The notes under the pieces were generated by a model that had not been told where the DNA came from, did no database searches, and saw nothing but the letters and a program-made list of their open reading frames with translations. The position numbers and the translations under genes are program-made. From the NCBI GenBank assembly GCA_043228905.1, contig JBHGNT010000004.1:10974001-11038000 (forward strand): a stretch of DNA of 64,000 nucleotides, written 5' to 3'. The stretch is from Azolla caroliniana (taxonomy: Eukaryota > Plantae > Polypodiophyta). Of the stretch, positions 45,850 through 58,023 are shown one piece after another (within the stretch, counting starts at the first letter, position 1; each line of letters begins with the position of its first letter).

Positions 45850-48800
45850 CATTATCCGGCCCTTAGACCTTGTCCAAGATATCCAGAATACTTTGTTCCA
45901 GGGTGTCCAATGGCTCTTCGGAAATCTGTTGTTGTTGTTGTTGTGGTTGTGGCTACGACTGTTGTGGTTGTGGCTGTTGTTGATGATGTGGTTGTTGCTT
46001 TTGTGGTTGTGGCTGATGTTGCTGCTATGGCTGCTGTTGCTCCGGCTCCGGATCCTCCGACTGTGGCTTCTTGGATGGCATCTGTTCGGCTCCCGGTACC
46101 GGCGGTTGTGACGGTGATTCCTCTGTTAGCTGCTCTGCTGAATTTGACTACGGTTGTCTCGCCCCGGCCTTGTCTCTGTCCGGTCCTTGCCCCGACGATG
46201 GCTCCTCATCGCTGAGGTTGATAGTCGCCACTGTCGTGAAGTACAAAAGCTTCACATTAAAAGTCTACAATAAGATAAATACGTAACTAAAATAACATTT
46301 GATAATGTTTTATATATAAAGATAATATTAACAACACATATGATAATATTATATATATGTAAAGAAAAATAATATATATATATAGATAAATATATTACAT
46401 TACACGAACAAGAGAGGACTTGAACCAATAACCCCACCCTATGACTCTAAACCCTAAACCCTAAACCCTATACATAAAATAAAGCATACTTTATATTTAC
46501 TTTATATTAGATAAAGGATTTGCTTCATGATATAAAAATAAAGTTTTATGTTGTATTCAATAGTATTTTGAGACTCAAACCCACAACCTCATACACCAAA
46601 GTCAACACACCTACCATTAAACTAGGCCCTTTCTCTTTACGATTATATTTTCATGTTTATTGTTATTGCATATATTGTTTCATACATAAAAGCTCAAATG
46701 AGCGAGATGTTTATCATGCATCACATGTAATGCATGAACGCCAAATGGCGATCATGCATCACATGCATTTCATGCACTACATGCATGACTTGTTCCCTCC
46801 AATGCATCATATGCATGGGGGCACCTATTTAAATGGTGAAAGAGAAGATCAAAGGGAATAAGTATGAGATATCAATCAAATATATATTACATAAGAGATA
46901 CCATAAAATAGGAAAAGAAAGGAAGAAGTTCAACATAAAGGTGAAGCTCTAGCTTGGCGATCGTGGTGGTCAACTCTCAACAAGAGGGAGGCGGTTCGAG
47001 CCTTATCTTCATCAAAATATTGAAGTGAAGATTGTTGTGGCCTACTATCAAGAAAGAGAAGAGCGATTATCTTGTGAGACCAAGTTTGAAGGATCAACGA
47101 CGCTTACAACCACTTTTTTAACTCTTTCATCAAAAATAATAATTATAAATCTCTTTTATTCCTTCAAATATCATTCAATATCCTATCTTGTCATATCTTG
47201 TTGATCTCTATTTACTTTATCTCTACTCTTTCGTCTCTTCCGTCCATAATCCTAGTGATTCCTTCCTCACTTTCACGATATCTTTTGTCTACACAACACT
47301 ACGCTTCCAGGCGAGCGACGCCACGACACCGCCTGCTTTGCGTCTTCTCTCCGTAGCCTGGTCCACTCATAGCTTTCAAACTAGATTTGAGCATCCAGTC
47401 AATCATCGTCCAACTGTGCTACCAATTGTCGGACCACTGCTGACTGTTCCTCAGCCAGAGTTACAAAGTCTTCTGCTAACTCATCTCTTACGGCGGTGAA
47501 GTCCTCCTTTGTTAGCATGTAGCAGTTGTAGCCATCCTTCTGCCAGTTTTCCGCGTCCGCCCTTAGCAACTGGAGCTTGGCTGTGTGCTTTGCCCATTTG
47601 TCCCACCATTGCACGGAGCTTTCGTCAATCAAGCGTTTTGTCTTGTTCCTCCATGCCTGGACAATAAACTGGATCCGCTCAAGTCCCATCTTCGATTTGT
47701 CCTTTGCGGCTTGCCGTTCTTCCTTCAATTGCTTGATCAACATCATCGTGTCCGCCTCCAGCTCCCGATAATGTGACAATTGGTTTTGGTATGTGTTCTG
47801 CAACCTCTGCAATACCATTGTTGCTCTTTCCTTTTCTTCATAATGCTGCTTATGGAGCTCTATACATTCCTGCGCGGCTTCCTCCAGTTGCGTTGTTCTT
47901 TCAGCCTGTTCTTCTGCTAGCATTGTTGTGGCTTGATGAACTTCCTGCCGGAGCTCGGCCATCTTCTCCTGCTGCTTCTTATGCTCCGTATCCAGGTGCT
48001 TATAGTCTCGGTGCAGGTGCTCATAATCATCGGTCTTCAGCTTCAGCTTCTGGTTGAGTTGCCGACGAGCGTTGTCTTCCCGATCTTTTTGTTGACGGAG
48101 TTCTTCCTGTCTTTCAATCTCCGTTTCTGCCATCCGTCGCAACTTATCCTTTTCTTGCAACACTTTCTCTTTCTCCTCCTTAAGCCTGTCATATGCCTGA
48201 TGTCCTTTCCACAGATTCTCTTCTGCCTGGCGAAGGTTCTCAGTAGTCTTTCGTTGTTCTTCTTCTGCCGCTTTCTTCAAGTCCCTTTCTCGGGTGCGTA
48301 ATGCTTCTTGTGCGGCCAGTTCATCTTTCAAATCGGCAAGCTCTTTTGCTTGCGCCGCCAATGTCTCCGGGACTAGTTTCGTCTCCGGGGTCTTATTACT
48401 ATGTACAGGTGCTGGTGTGCCTTTATTCTATACATCTACCGGAGTCAACGGTGCTTGGATCTGTGGTTCGGTTAAGGCCATTTTGGCCAATTCTTCTGTG
48501 GCCAGGTCCAAGTGTTGTTCTAGGCTCCGAATCCTTGACCGGGCCGTCTCTAGTTCTCCGGTTGTGACTAGCAACCGGTCCATCTGCGCTTTCTCTTCTG
48601 CCTCTATGTAGTGCACCACTCTGGCAATTTGTTCTCCAATCCACCGAAGCCATTGGCTGCCGGTACCCTATTGTTGCGTCTGCACGGAGGGTTGGTTGTT
48701 GGTTCCGCTAGCCAGTGGTCGGTCTTGTCCAGTTGCGTCGAGCTGCAACTCTGTTTCTGGTTGGTGACCACTTTGCCGTTATGGTTCTAGTTGCACCTCC

Positions 48801-50094
48801 GTTGGCCGCTCCGCCTCTGATTGCTCTTGACCTGCTGGTGCGGGAGGCAACTGTACTGACGACGCTTGACTTTCGGGTCTTGCCGTATCCTGACCCGCCT
48901 GTATAGCTTGTTGTGCAAGGAGCTTTGTGACCGGTTCTGTCCAAACCGGTTCCGGTTCCATCCTTGGTGCGGGGTGCTCAGTGTGGGGTAGAGGCGTTCC
49001 ATCCTTCTTTGGGTCCGAACAACCTGTTCTGAGGTGCTTGGCTTCTGGCGCCGCTGGAGGTGTTGTAACGGTTCTTCCTCCGCTTCCTCCTCCTGAGTCC
49101 CGATGTTGATTTTTGCTGCCAAGGGGTCTGGCTCTTGTTGCACCGGTCGGTGAAGTCTGATCTTGATTGGCCGTGCCGGTGTCTCCTCTTGCGTTTTCGT
49201 CTGCCGCTTCCGACTGGCGCGCTCTTTTGCCGCCTTGTCCGTGTCGGCCGCCTTTCCTTTGGGTGCCTTAGAGGCCAACAACTGCTACCGTTTCGAAGCT
49301 GTTTTCGGGGTGCCTTCGGTCGTTCTCCCCCGCTCTGTGGTGTTGGTGGGCTCGATAGGTGGCGCCAACAGGGTGAGCCATTGCACCACTGCAGTCCATA
49401 TTTTCCGACCCTCCTTGCCTCTTACAGAGTCGATGGCCGCACAGAGGCCGTCCGCAATTAGTACCGGCCAATCCACCTTCACGCCTTCATACGTTGCTAT
49501 TATTAAGCCGGCTCCGTTCTGAGGCATGCATGGGGGTCGAGGGTATACATGTCCAAATTCATGGAGCACACGGGAAATCTCTCGAAATAATGTATCCTTG
49601 CCGCCTTGTGTCCTGTAGGCCTTGCTGGCCAGAGAGTATTCGCCAAAATATTTCCGGAGCTGCTCCGGGGTAGGGTTGTCGATAGTGAAGATGCCTCCCT
49701 TCGAAAGGCCAATCAAAGCATGGATGGCCTCCTCCCTGATGAGCTCTGTGTCGATTTTCTTTACTATCTTCTCCGCCTCCCGGTGCGGTGGCGCCTCCAT
49801 GATCGTGAGGAACCCTTCTAACCTGTGTTGCCTTAGCCACTTCTTGGCTGCTTCAGAGACTGCTTGGTAGTCCATGGCTTCTTCGAGGTCGGTGAGCGCT
49901 GGTGAGGGATGTGTGTGAGGAGGCTTTGTGTGCGTGGGCTCGCGTCTAATAATCTTCAATCGCTTGTCTGACTTTGTGCTCCGTTGTTCGTGAAATGTGA
50001 AGACCTCTATGCGGTGGGGGTTTTCTTGTTGCATGTTGGCGCCTGTTTTTCTTACCCGCGCGTGTGCACGTCGTGTACTAAAATAGAATGTCAT
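45850..50094 (-). pseudogene. Extra ORF of element B (globular domain, linker, long coiled coil, Gln-rich tail), split by a solo LTR
   Basis: ORFs 49285-50094, 48787-49281, 48428-48619 and 47399-48361; homologous to the C pieces at 60413-62518. Confidence 0.78.
46232..47328. mobile_element. Solo LTR (AT-rich) inserted in the extra ORF of B
   Basis: Perfect terminal inverted repeat TGTCGTG...CACGACA; flanks CCAC/CCGC; internal (CCCTAAA)~3 near 46445-46470. Confidence 0.75.
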
Positions 50095-50439
50095 GCCATG
50101 TGGCGGCGGTTTAATACCCTATTAATAGCCCACTACGTACCTTTTCAAAGTGCCTGTTCACTCCTTGTTCTTGCATGTGTTTGTTCACACCTCGCCCTTG
50201 CATGATTTACTTTGATTTGATTTGATTTGATTTATTTTTTATTTTTTATTTTTTATAATAAAACTGTTTGGTTAATTCACATCCGATCCCACCGGACCCC
50301 TATCCGAATTGTGGGACTTGCCGGCCGCTGGATTGCTTGCCGTCGCGTCGTTCTTGCTGTTTGCCGGCTTGTACTCCCTCTTACTGGCTTCGCGCTTGCC
50401 GATTGCTAAACGTGTTGCCGTCTCTTCCGACTTACCGGT

Positions 50440-53400
50440 GTCTGGTTCTGTGTCGGCCTTTACTTGTTCAAATGGGTTTATTGGCATGGGTCCATTGTAT
50501 GGTTTGAGTCAGAACCCATTGACCCATTTATCCAGAACCTTGCCGGCGAGTGTCCCTAACTGGTAGGAACCGTTGAACTCACACGTGATCCAGTATGGTC
50601 CAGTCCACCGAAACCGTAGCTTCCCTGACATCTTACCCATCCGGGTCTGGAATACTAGTACCGGCTTACCGATTCCGAACATCTTTTCGTTCCCTTTTCA
50701 GTGACGATCCACGAACGCTTTCCTTCGCCATTGCTCAAGTTCTAGGTGCATGATGCTGGCTAGCTAGTGTTCTTCCAATTCGCAGAGCGCGGCTAACCGG
50801 ATCGCTTCCGATTCCTTCTCATTTAGGCGTTCTCGAATCTGATTTCGTAAACTTGGTACCTGGAACTCGATCTGAATGCTAGGTGAAATGGTGTTGTGCG
50901 GATACTTGTCTTATATGTCGTTTGATAGGCCCAGAGTGTACTGTGTAGCTTTGTATCCCAATCCGTCCGGTTCTCATTGACGATTTTTCAAAGTATGTTC
51001 TGTAGTATTTTATTTGTTGACTCGGCTAATCCGTTGGCTTGCGGATAATAGGGAGTGCTCCGTTTGTGCACCACCGCATAGAATGTCGTCAAACTTTCCA
51101 CTACTTGCCCTAAAAAGTGCCCACCTTGGTCACTTATTAGCTCTATCGGACATCCATACCGGCACCAGATGTATTCATATAAAATTTTTGACGTGGATGC
51201 CGCGGTGTTGTCGCGTAGTGCTTTGGCTTCCACTCATTTTGTGCAATAATCCGTAGCGACAATCACGTACCGGTTGCCGGTTCTCATTGCTGGTGGTTTG
51301 AATGGACGGAAGAAATCCAACCCCCATTTCTAAAATGGTTCTAACGGTAGCAAGGGCTGGTGAGGCATCCTGGCTTGTTCGGTTGGTTGGCCCATTCACT
51401 GACATAGGTCACATTCTTTAGCGTACCGGACTGCATCCTTCAATGTTGTTGGCCAATATAGTCCACTCTATCATATTTTCCTTGCCGTAGCGTCTCCGAC
51501 ATAATGTCCTCCAGCCTCTGTAGTGTGCTTCATGCAATATTATGTCCTTTTCTTCGTTGCGCACTGCACGCCGCCATATGCCATCTGCACCTTTGTGGTA
51601 CAGTGTGTCCTATAATAGACAGAAGTGCCGGCTTTGAACAGCTAAGCGTTTCCTCTCGTCTCTGTTCATCTCCTCCGGAGGTGAGCCGGTGCTCAAAAAT
51701 TGGTGCATGTTGGTGAGCCACTTGTCTTCCTCTACGACCGTACCATCCGTTGTCGTTTCTATTGTGACTCTAAACAGCTCTGCATTCGGGAAATCATCTG
51801 GGACGCCGTCACCGGTTTCGCAGGAATCCAACCGGCTCAAATAGTCTGCTACCGCATGTTGTATGCCGGGTCGGTGGAATATCTCGAACTCAAATTCTTG
51901 TAATAGTAACGTCCACCGGGCCAGCTTACCAGTGAGTGATGCTTTGGACACCAAGTAGAGGAGCGCCGAATGATCTACGTGAAAGGAAAATTTCCTTCCC
52001 AACAGATAGTGTCTAAACTTAGTGACACTGTAGATCATACCCAAGGCCTCTCTTTCCATTGTGGAATAATTACGTTCTGCTTGGGACAGCTTTTGGCTGG
52101 CATAATACACTGGCCGATACCACTTTGGTTCTGTAAGTTGCATAAGCGTGCTCCCGATTGCGATGTCAGACGCGTCAACGAACACATGGAACTCTTTAGA
52201 CCAATCCGGAGGTTGCACCACCGGCATTTGTGACAACAGTACTTTTAGTGCCCGGTAAGCCTGGTCTTCTGTGTCCGTCCATTGGAACGGTGTCCGATGT
52301 ACCGCAACATGCAATGGTGTAGCCACGTTTGCCAGATACCGGAGCATTCAGCTATGCTACCGAATTTGTCCTAAGAACCGGCTTAATACCTTTGTTGTGG
52401 TTGGTGCCGGTGCCTCCAAAATAGCTTTGGCCTTGTCCGGATCCACTGCAATATCGTCCTTGCTCACAATGTGGCCAAGTAACGCTCTGCTGGACACTCT
52501 GAACACGCATTTTGCCGGGTTAAGACTTAGCCGGTAAACCCTACATTTCTCCAAACATAGTTGGAGGTGCTGAAGGTGATCCCCTTTCCGGCTATAGACA
52601 GCGAAGTCGTCCAAGAACACCTGCATGAATGCCAGAATGAATTCTCCGAAAATCTCCATGATGATCCGCTAGAAGGTTGCCGACGCCATTTTTAGTCCGA
52701 ACATCATAACTACGGCAACAAAGACTCCCCATTTGGTGACAAAAGTGATTTTCTCCTGATCGTCGGGGTGCATTTGGATCTGATTATAGCAACTGAAACC
52801 GTCCAGAAAACTATACACCTCATGACCGACGACAGCATCTAGGACTCCATCCGTGAATGGAAGCAGAAAGGCGTCCGTTACCGTAGCCGCATTCAATTTT
52901 TGGTAGTCGACACAAACTCTTATCTTACCGTTCTTTTTCAGTACTACGACTATCGGACTGAACCATGTGGCTTTCTTTACCGGTTGGATGAAGCCAAACC
53001 TTAGCAACTTGTCGATTTCTTCTTTGACCTTTGCTGCGTAATTCGGGTTAATCCGGTAACGTCGTTGCGCGACCGGTTTGGCGTCTTTACTCAGATGTAT
53101 CTGGTGTTGATACAACTGAGGATCGAGTCCCCGCATGTCCTCATAGGACCAGGCGAACACATCGCGAAATTCTTTTAGGAGTGTGATCATTGCCGTTTTG
53201 TTCTCCGGGGTCATTTCCTTGGCGATGTGAACCGGTCTTGCGTCCTCTGTGGTACCTAGGTTTACCTCTTCTAGTCAGGATGTTTTTACACGTTGCGACA
53301 CCACCATTTCTCTTTCTAGTGCCTCCTGTGCTTGCCGTAACTCCCGGATCGCTTCTTTATCCGGTTCCTCGTCAGTCCCGTCCAGTTGCAGCATGTACGG

Positions 53401-56400
53401 TGATACTGCTTTGGCTACATCAATTTCAAACAACGGTACGATCTTCGGATTTTCCTGTAAGTATTGATTGACCTCTTCGTCCGCCAATCCTTCCAGCATG
53501 TTGACACATTCCGCATATAGAGGCGTCAATTCCTTGCCGGTACCGGACCATGGTTGAGTTGGTACTCGCACTTTCGCTTTTCCACGCCGCAGCGTAATTA
53601 TATTTTTCCTCCAGTTTTGCTTGATGTGTGTTGTTTTTAACCAAGGGCATCCCAACAATAGTGGGTAAGCTCCCTGAGCCTGTAGCTGGAGAACTACTGC
53701 CGAAATGCGAAATGTGTGACCCCCAATTGTTACTTCCAGATCACGTATTAATCCGGTCGGCCGTACTGAGCTTGTGTCCGCCATCCGAAGCCAAAACGGG
53801 CATGGTTCCAAGTCATGGATTCCCAGAGTGTTACACATTCGGAGGCTGATCACGTTTACGCCGGATCCTCCATCGATAATCGTGCCGAGTAGCTCTTTTC
53901 CTTCCACGATGGTTGTGATTGCCGGACTGCTCATGTCTACCACCGCCGGTCCTTCCTCCGGATTTGAAAGGAATGTCGGAGCCGGCGGTGTGTCGGCTGC
54001 CGTCCTTCCTGTCTTCAGTCCTTTCGTGAAGCGTGGTACCAGTTGCAATTGCCGGCCTAACGACATCTTTATTTGGCATTCTTGTAACGCTTGCCATGTT
54101 GGGTTTTCGGGCCGCCCTAATCCGGTGAGCTCTTCTGCATTCTCCTTTTGTTGTTCGAGCTTTGCCGCATTCTACTCGTTTGCCTTCTTCACCCATTCGG
54201 TTGCCTGCTTCCGGATGGCTTCTTGAGTTTCCCACTCTGTGGCTTTGCCTTTTGATCTTGTAGTGACTTGTTGTAAGTCCGCGACTTCCGCATCTACCAT
54301 GTTCACCGATGATCGCTTGTCGTAGCTCTTCGCCGGACATTGGTTGCTATAGTGGCCTTCTTGCCGGCAATAATAGCAGTACGCCTTCCGGGTGTTGCTA
54401 GATTTTGCGTTTGTGTCCGCACCCGGTTGAGGTCCTATGGTAAGTGCTTGGTTTTGGTCTGGTTGGTTGCTTGGAGCGCCCTCTTTTGGTTCCCGTGAAT
54501 GACCTCCCTTTTTGTTGAAATTCTTTTTGTTTCGGTAACCGTGACGGGGCTGGTCCGCGACTTCCGCATCTACCATGTTCACCGATGATCGCTTGTCGTA
54601 GCTCTTCGCCGGACATTGGTTGCTATAGTGGCCTTCTTGCCGGCAATAATAGCAGTACGCCTTCCGGGTGTTGCTAGATTTTGCGTTTGTGTCCGCACCC
54701 GGTTGAGGTCCTGTGGTAAGTGCTTGGTTTTGGTCTGGTTGGCTGCTTGGAGCGCCCTCTTTTGGTTCCCGTGAATGACCTCCCTTTTTGTTGAAATTCT
54801 TTTTGTTTCGGTAACCGTGACGGGGCTGGTCCGCGACTTCCGCATCTACCATGTTCACCGATGATCGCTTGTCGTAGCTCTTCGCCGGACATTGGTTGCT
54901 ATAGTGGCCTTCTTGCCGGCAATAATAGCAGTACGCCTTCCGGGTGTTGCTAGATTTTGCGTTTGTGTCCGCACCCGGTTGAGGTCCTGTGGTAAGTGCT
55001 TGGTTTTGGTCTGGTTGGCTGCTTGGAGCGCCCTCTTTTGGTTCCCGTGAATGACCTCCCTTTTTGTTGAAATTCTTTTTGTTTCGGTAACCGTGACGGG
55101 GCTGGTCCGCGACTTCCGCATCTACCATGTTCACCGATGATCGCTTGTCGTAGCTCTTCGCCGGACATTGGTTGCTATAGTGGCCTTCTTGCCGGCAATA
55201 ATAGCAGTACGCCTTCCGGGTGTTGCTAGATTTTGCGTTTGTGTCCGCACCCGGTTGAGGTCCTGTGGTAAGTGCTTGGTTTTGGTCTGGTTGGCTGCTT
55301 GGAGCGCCCTCTTTTGGTTCCCGTGAATGACCTCCCTTTTTGTTGAAATTCTTTTTGTTTCGGTAACCGTGACAGGGCTGGTCGTCATACTTGCCATAGA
55401 CGTCCCGTCGTTGGTTGTGACCAGGGGAGTGATCCTGGTTGTTTCTCTCGTACCGTCCATTATAGTCCCGGTATCTATCATGTCTGTCATACCGGTCATA
55501 AGCGTCTCTTTGATCGTTGTACCAGACATCTTGTGTTGGCCGGTAGCGCTCCTCTCGTCGCTAGCGTTCTTCTTCTTCCTCCCGGTTGCTTCGTGGTTCA
55601 ATTTGCCAGACCGGTGGTGCTTGCCGATTTAACAATTTATACTCACACTATTCCATTGTGTGACTTCTGGAGTGGCAGAGCAAGCACCATCTAGTGGTCG
55701 GTCCCTCCAAGGTCATGCCGAACTCTGCCCTTTTTGAGCGTTCCTCTTCGGCCGCATTTAAGCGTTGGGACACATGGTTTGCCTCCCAGGTTTGCTGAAA
55801 CGCATGAACGTGGGCTTCCGTGTCCGGATCATCCCGGTATCTGGGATATTGGAACGGCATATCGTCGTCTAGTGTCGATACGCAGGCTGGTGGTGTCGGT
55901 GGTCTTTCCTCCTCCTCTTTCGGCGTCAAAGTTCTTTCCCGGTCCTCTGTCGCCGTCGGAGGTCTTTCCTGCTCCTCTTTCGGTGTTGGAGGCTTCTCCT
56001 CCTTGACTTCCAGTGTCGGAGGTCTCTCTTCCTCAACTTCTGGTTCCGGAGTGTGCTCGACTTCCGGTGCCGGAGGTTCCAGCCTTGTCAATTCTGGTTC
56101 CGGTGTCGGCAAGGTATCTGACTCCTCATCCTCCGGTCCGTTTGGGGTGTCGTTACTGCTGCGGTAGTTTGTATGCACGTTGTATTCCCCTTCACCCACT
56201 GCCAATGCCGAAAATGATTCAAAAGCCGAAAATGCTTTAGATTCACCTTCACCCACTGCCAATGCCTAGAGAAGGGATTCCGCTTCCCGAAGGCTGCTTA
56301 GGCTGCTTCATTCGTCCGGGTAGTCGTTTTGTGGTAACCGAAGTGACTCCTTGGCCACTCTCCGGATCACCTTGGAAAATGAGCGGTCTGCTCTGATTTC

Positions 56401-56493
56401 TTCTGCCGCTTGCTGGAAAGCCTCTCGCTTCCTCAACCGTTGAGCAAGTCTCCTTGCTTGCTCCGTAACCGGGTCGTTTGTTGGTCTAGTCAT
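50440..56493 (-). pseudogene. gag-pol of element B
   Basis: PR IIDGGSGVN, RT VFLDD, RH VFVDASDIAIG, INT PQANGLAE; several stops; internal gag deletion near 55686. Confidence 0.92.
54277..55383 (-). repeat. 276-bp in-frame tandem repeat x4, each encoding a zinc knuckle
   Basis: Units start at 54277, 54553, 54829 and 55105; 92-aa repeat containing CYYCRQEGHYSNQC; about 3 SNPs in total. Confidence 0.97.
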
Positions 56494-57465
56494 CCATTCC
56501 CGCTGATGTTCGCTGCGATTATGTAGGAATCGTGGCCGCCAAAAACTGTGTTATTCCTTAGGGTCGGACAATGGCCTAACACAGGGTGTCTATGGGTGAG
56601 ATAACTTAAGACTCAATGATTAATCCGACTTTAATTGGTTACTTAGCAATATGGCATTAACTTGATACACGCGTATGATAGAACAATTAGCACAGAACGG
56701 TAATCAACATTTAAAGATAAAAAAGAAGCTTTATTAATTATCCGTCAAAATTTTACATTGTAACCGGGCCTTTATATAGGTCACCGGTGTTGAGTACAAA
56801 ACGGTGCCAACCGGCACCTGTTCGGAACCGGTTCGGATCCGGAATGGCATACCGATTCCGGTCCGTCCGTTCACGTCTCGTAAACCACTTAATTATAATC
56901 TATTCTGAATAAACAATCCCTTTCACATTCTGGTCTTTAACTCCTTTGCCAACCGGGTAACAGCTAAGCCTGATTGTGGTAGTTCCCAAGAAGAATGGCA
57001 AAATTCGGGTATACGTGGATTAATGGAAATTAAATGCCGCAACAGTCACGAACGCGTTTCCACTCCCATTTACAAATGGAGTCCTGGACGCAGTAGCCGG
57101 GCATGTGGTATATAGCTTTCTTGATGGATTCAGTGGATACAACCAAATTTGGATGCGACCGGAAGACTAGGAGAAGACAACATTCATTACGGAATGGGGA
57201 GTCTTCGTAGCGGTAGTAATGATGTTCGGATTAAAGACGGCACCAACAACTTTTCGGCGGATCATTATGGAGATATTTGGAGAGTTCATCCTAGCGTTCA
57301 TGCAAGTGTTCCTAGATGATTTTGCAGTATACAGCCGAAAAGGGGAACATCTGGAGCATCTCCGGTTATGTTTAGAGAAGTGTCGGGGGTACCGGTTGAG
57401 CCTGAACCCGGTGAAATGTGGGTTCGGCGTGATGAGTGGAACATTATTAGGACATATCGTGAGCA

Positions 57466-58023
57466 CCCTAAACCCTAACCCCTAAACCCTAAATCCCATC
57501 GTTGTCGCCAAAAGGTGTTGTATGTTTTAGGGCTAGGGTTAAGGACGATGATAATCATGATAAAGATAGACATGGTGGTTATGATAATTATGGAGAGTAT
57601 GGGATTGATGGCGAGAGAGATCATGTGCATTGAGAAGCATTGCAGGGTGGGGGGTTATGCCTAGAATGGCTCCACCCCCCTCCCAAGGGGGTTCAACGTT
57701 AAGGGGAGGGAAGAGAGAGAGAGAGAGATGAAAAGAGAGATAGATAGAGAGAAATGATTCATTTTTCATTCATTCCCCATAAGGGGGTTAAATAGTACAA
57801 GAGGGACTAGATACAAAGGGGTGTAAGCCCCCTAGATCATTCATACTGGACACTCACTCATACCTCCTCGTATCCATCCACATGCACACACATGTGCATG
57901 TGTTCACATACGTATCGACTCACAATTACATTTATGCCCCCTACACATACACAACAACATTATGATAACATTCGACCTTCGCTCATCACACTTGACTCTC
58001 CGTACATCTCGTACGAGGTAACA
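57466..58023 (-). mobile_element. Lone LTR (57516-58023) + PBS (57494-57510) + four telomere repeats (57466-57493), flanked by a 61-bp host duplication
   Basis: Minus strand reads TGTTACC...TACAACA-CCTTT-TGGCGACAACGATGGGA-TTTAGGGTTTAGGGGTTAGGGTTTAGGG. 57405-57465 is repeated at 58024-58084 with 2 mismatches. Confidence 0.8.

Larger units (their letters stand above)
45370..56962 (-). mobile_element. Non-chromovirus Gypsy element B with 3' extra ORF, nested in the RT of element C
   Basis: LTRs 45370-45809 and 56549-56962; perfect TSD GCTAA; sense PBS-like TGGCGGCCACGAT (56541-56529, minus); gag-pol on the minus strand. Confidence 0.95.

Noticed and set aside
45811-46215. Hydrophobic poly-Val membrane or env-like protein on the plus strand
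   Set aside because: It is the reverse complement of a Gln/Pro-rich (CAA/CCA) tract of the minus-strand extra ORF.
46445-46470. Chromosome end or telomere healing site
   Set aside because: About three units internal to a solo LTR; a telo-box-like motif with no junction signature.
47399-48361. Host myosin, SMC or tropomyosin-like gene
   Set aside because: The coiled coil lies inside element B and has a homolog at the same position in element C, so it belongs to the element's extra ORF.
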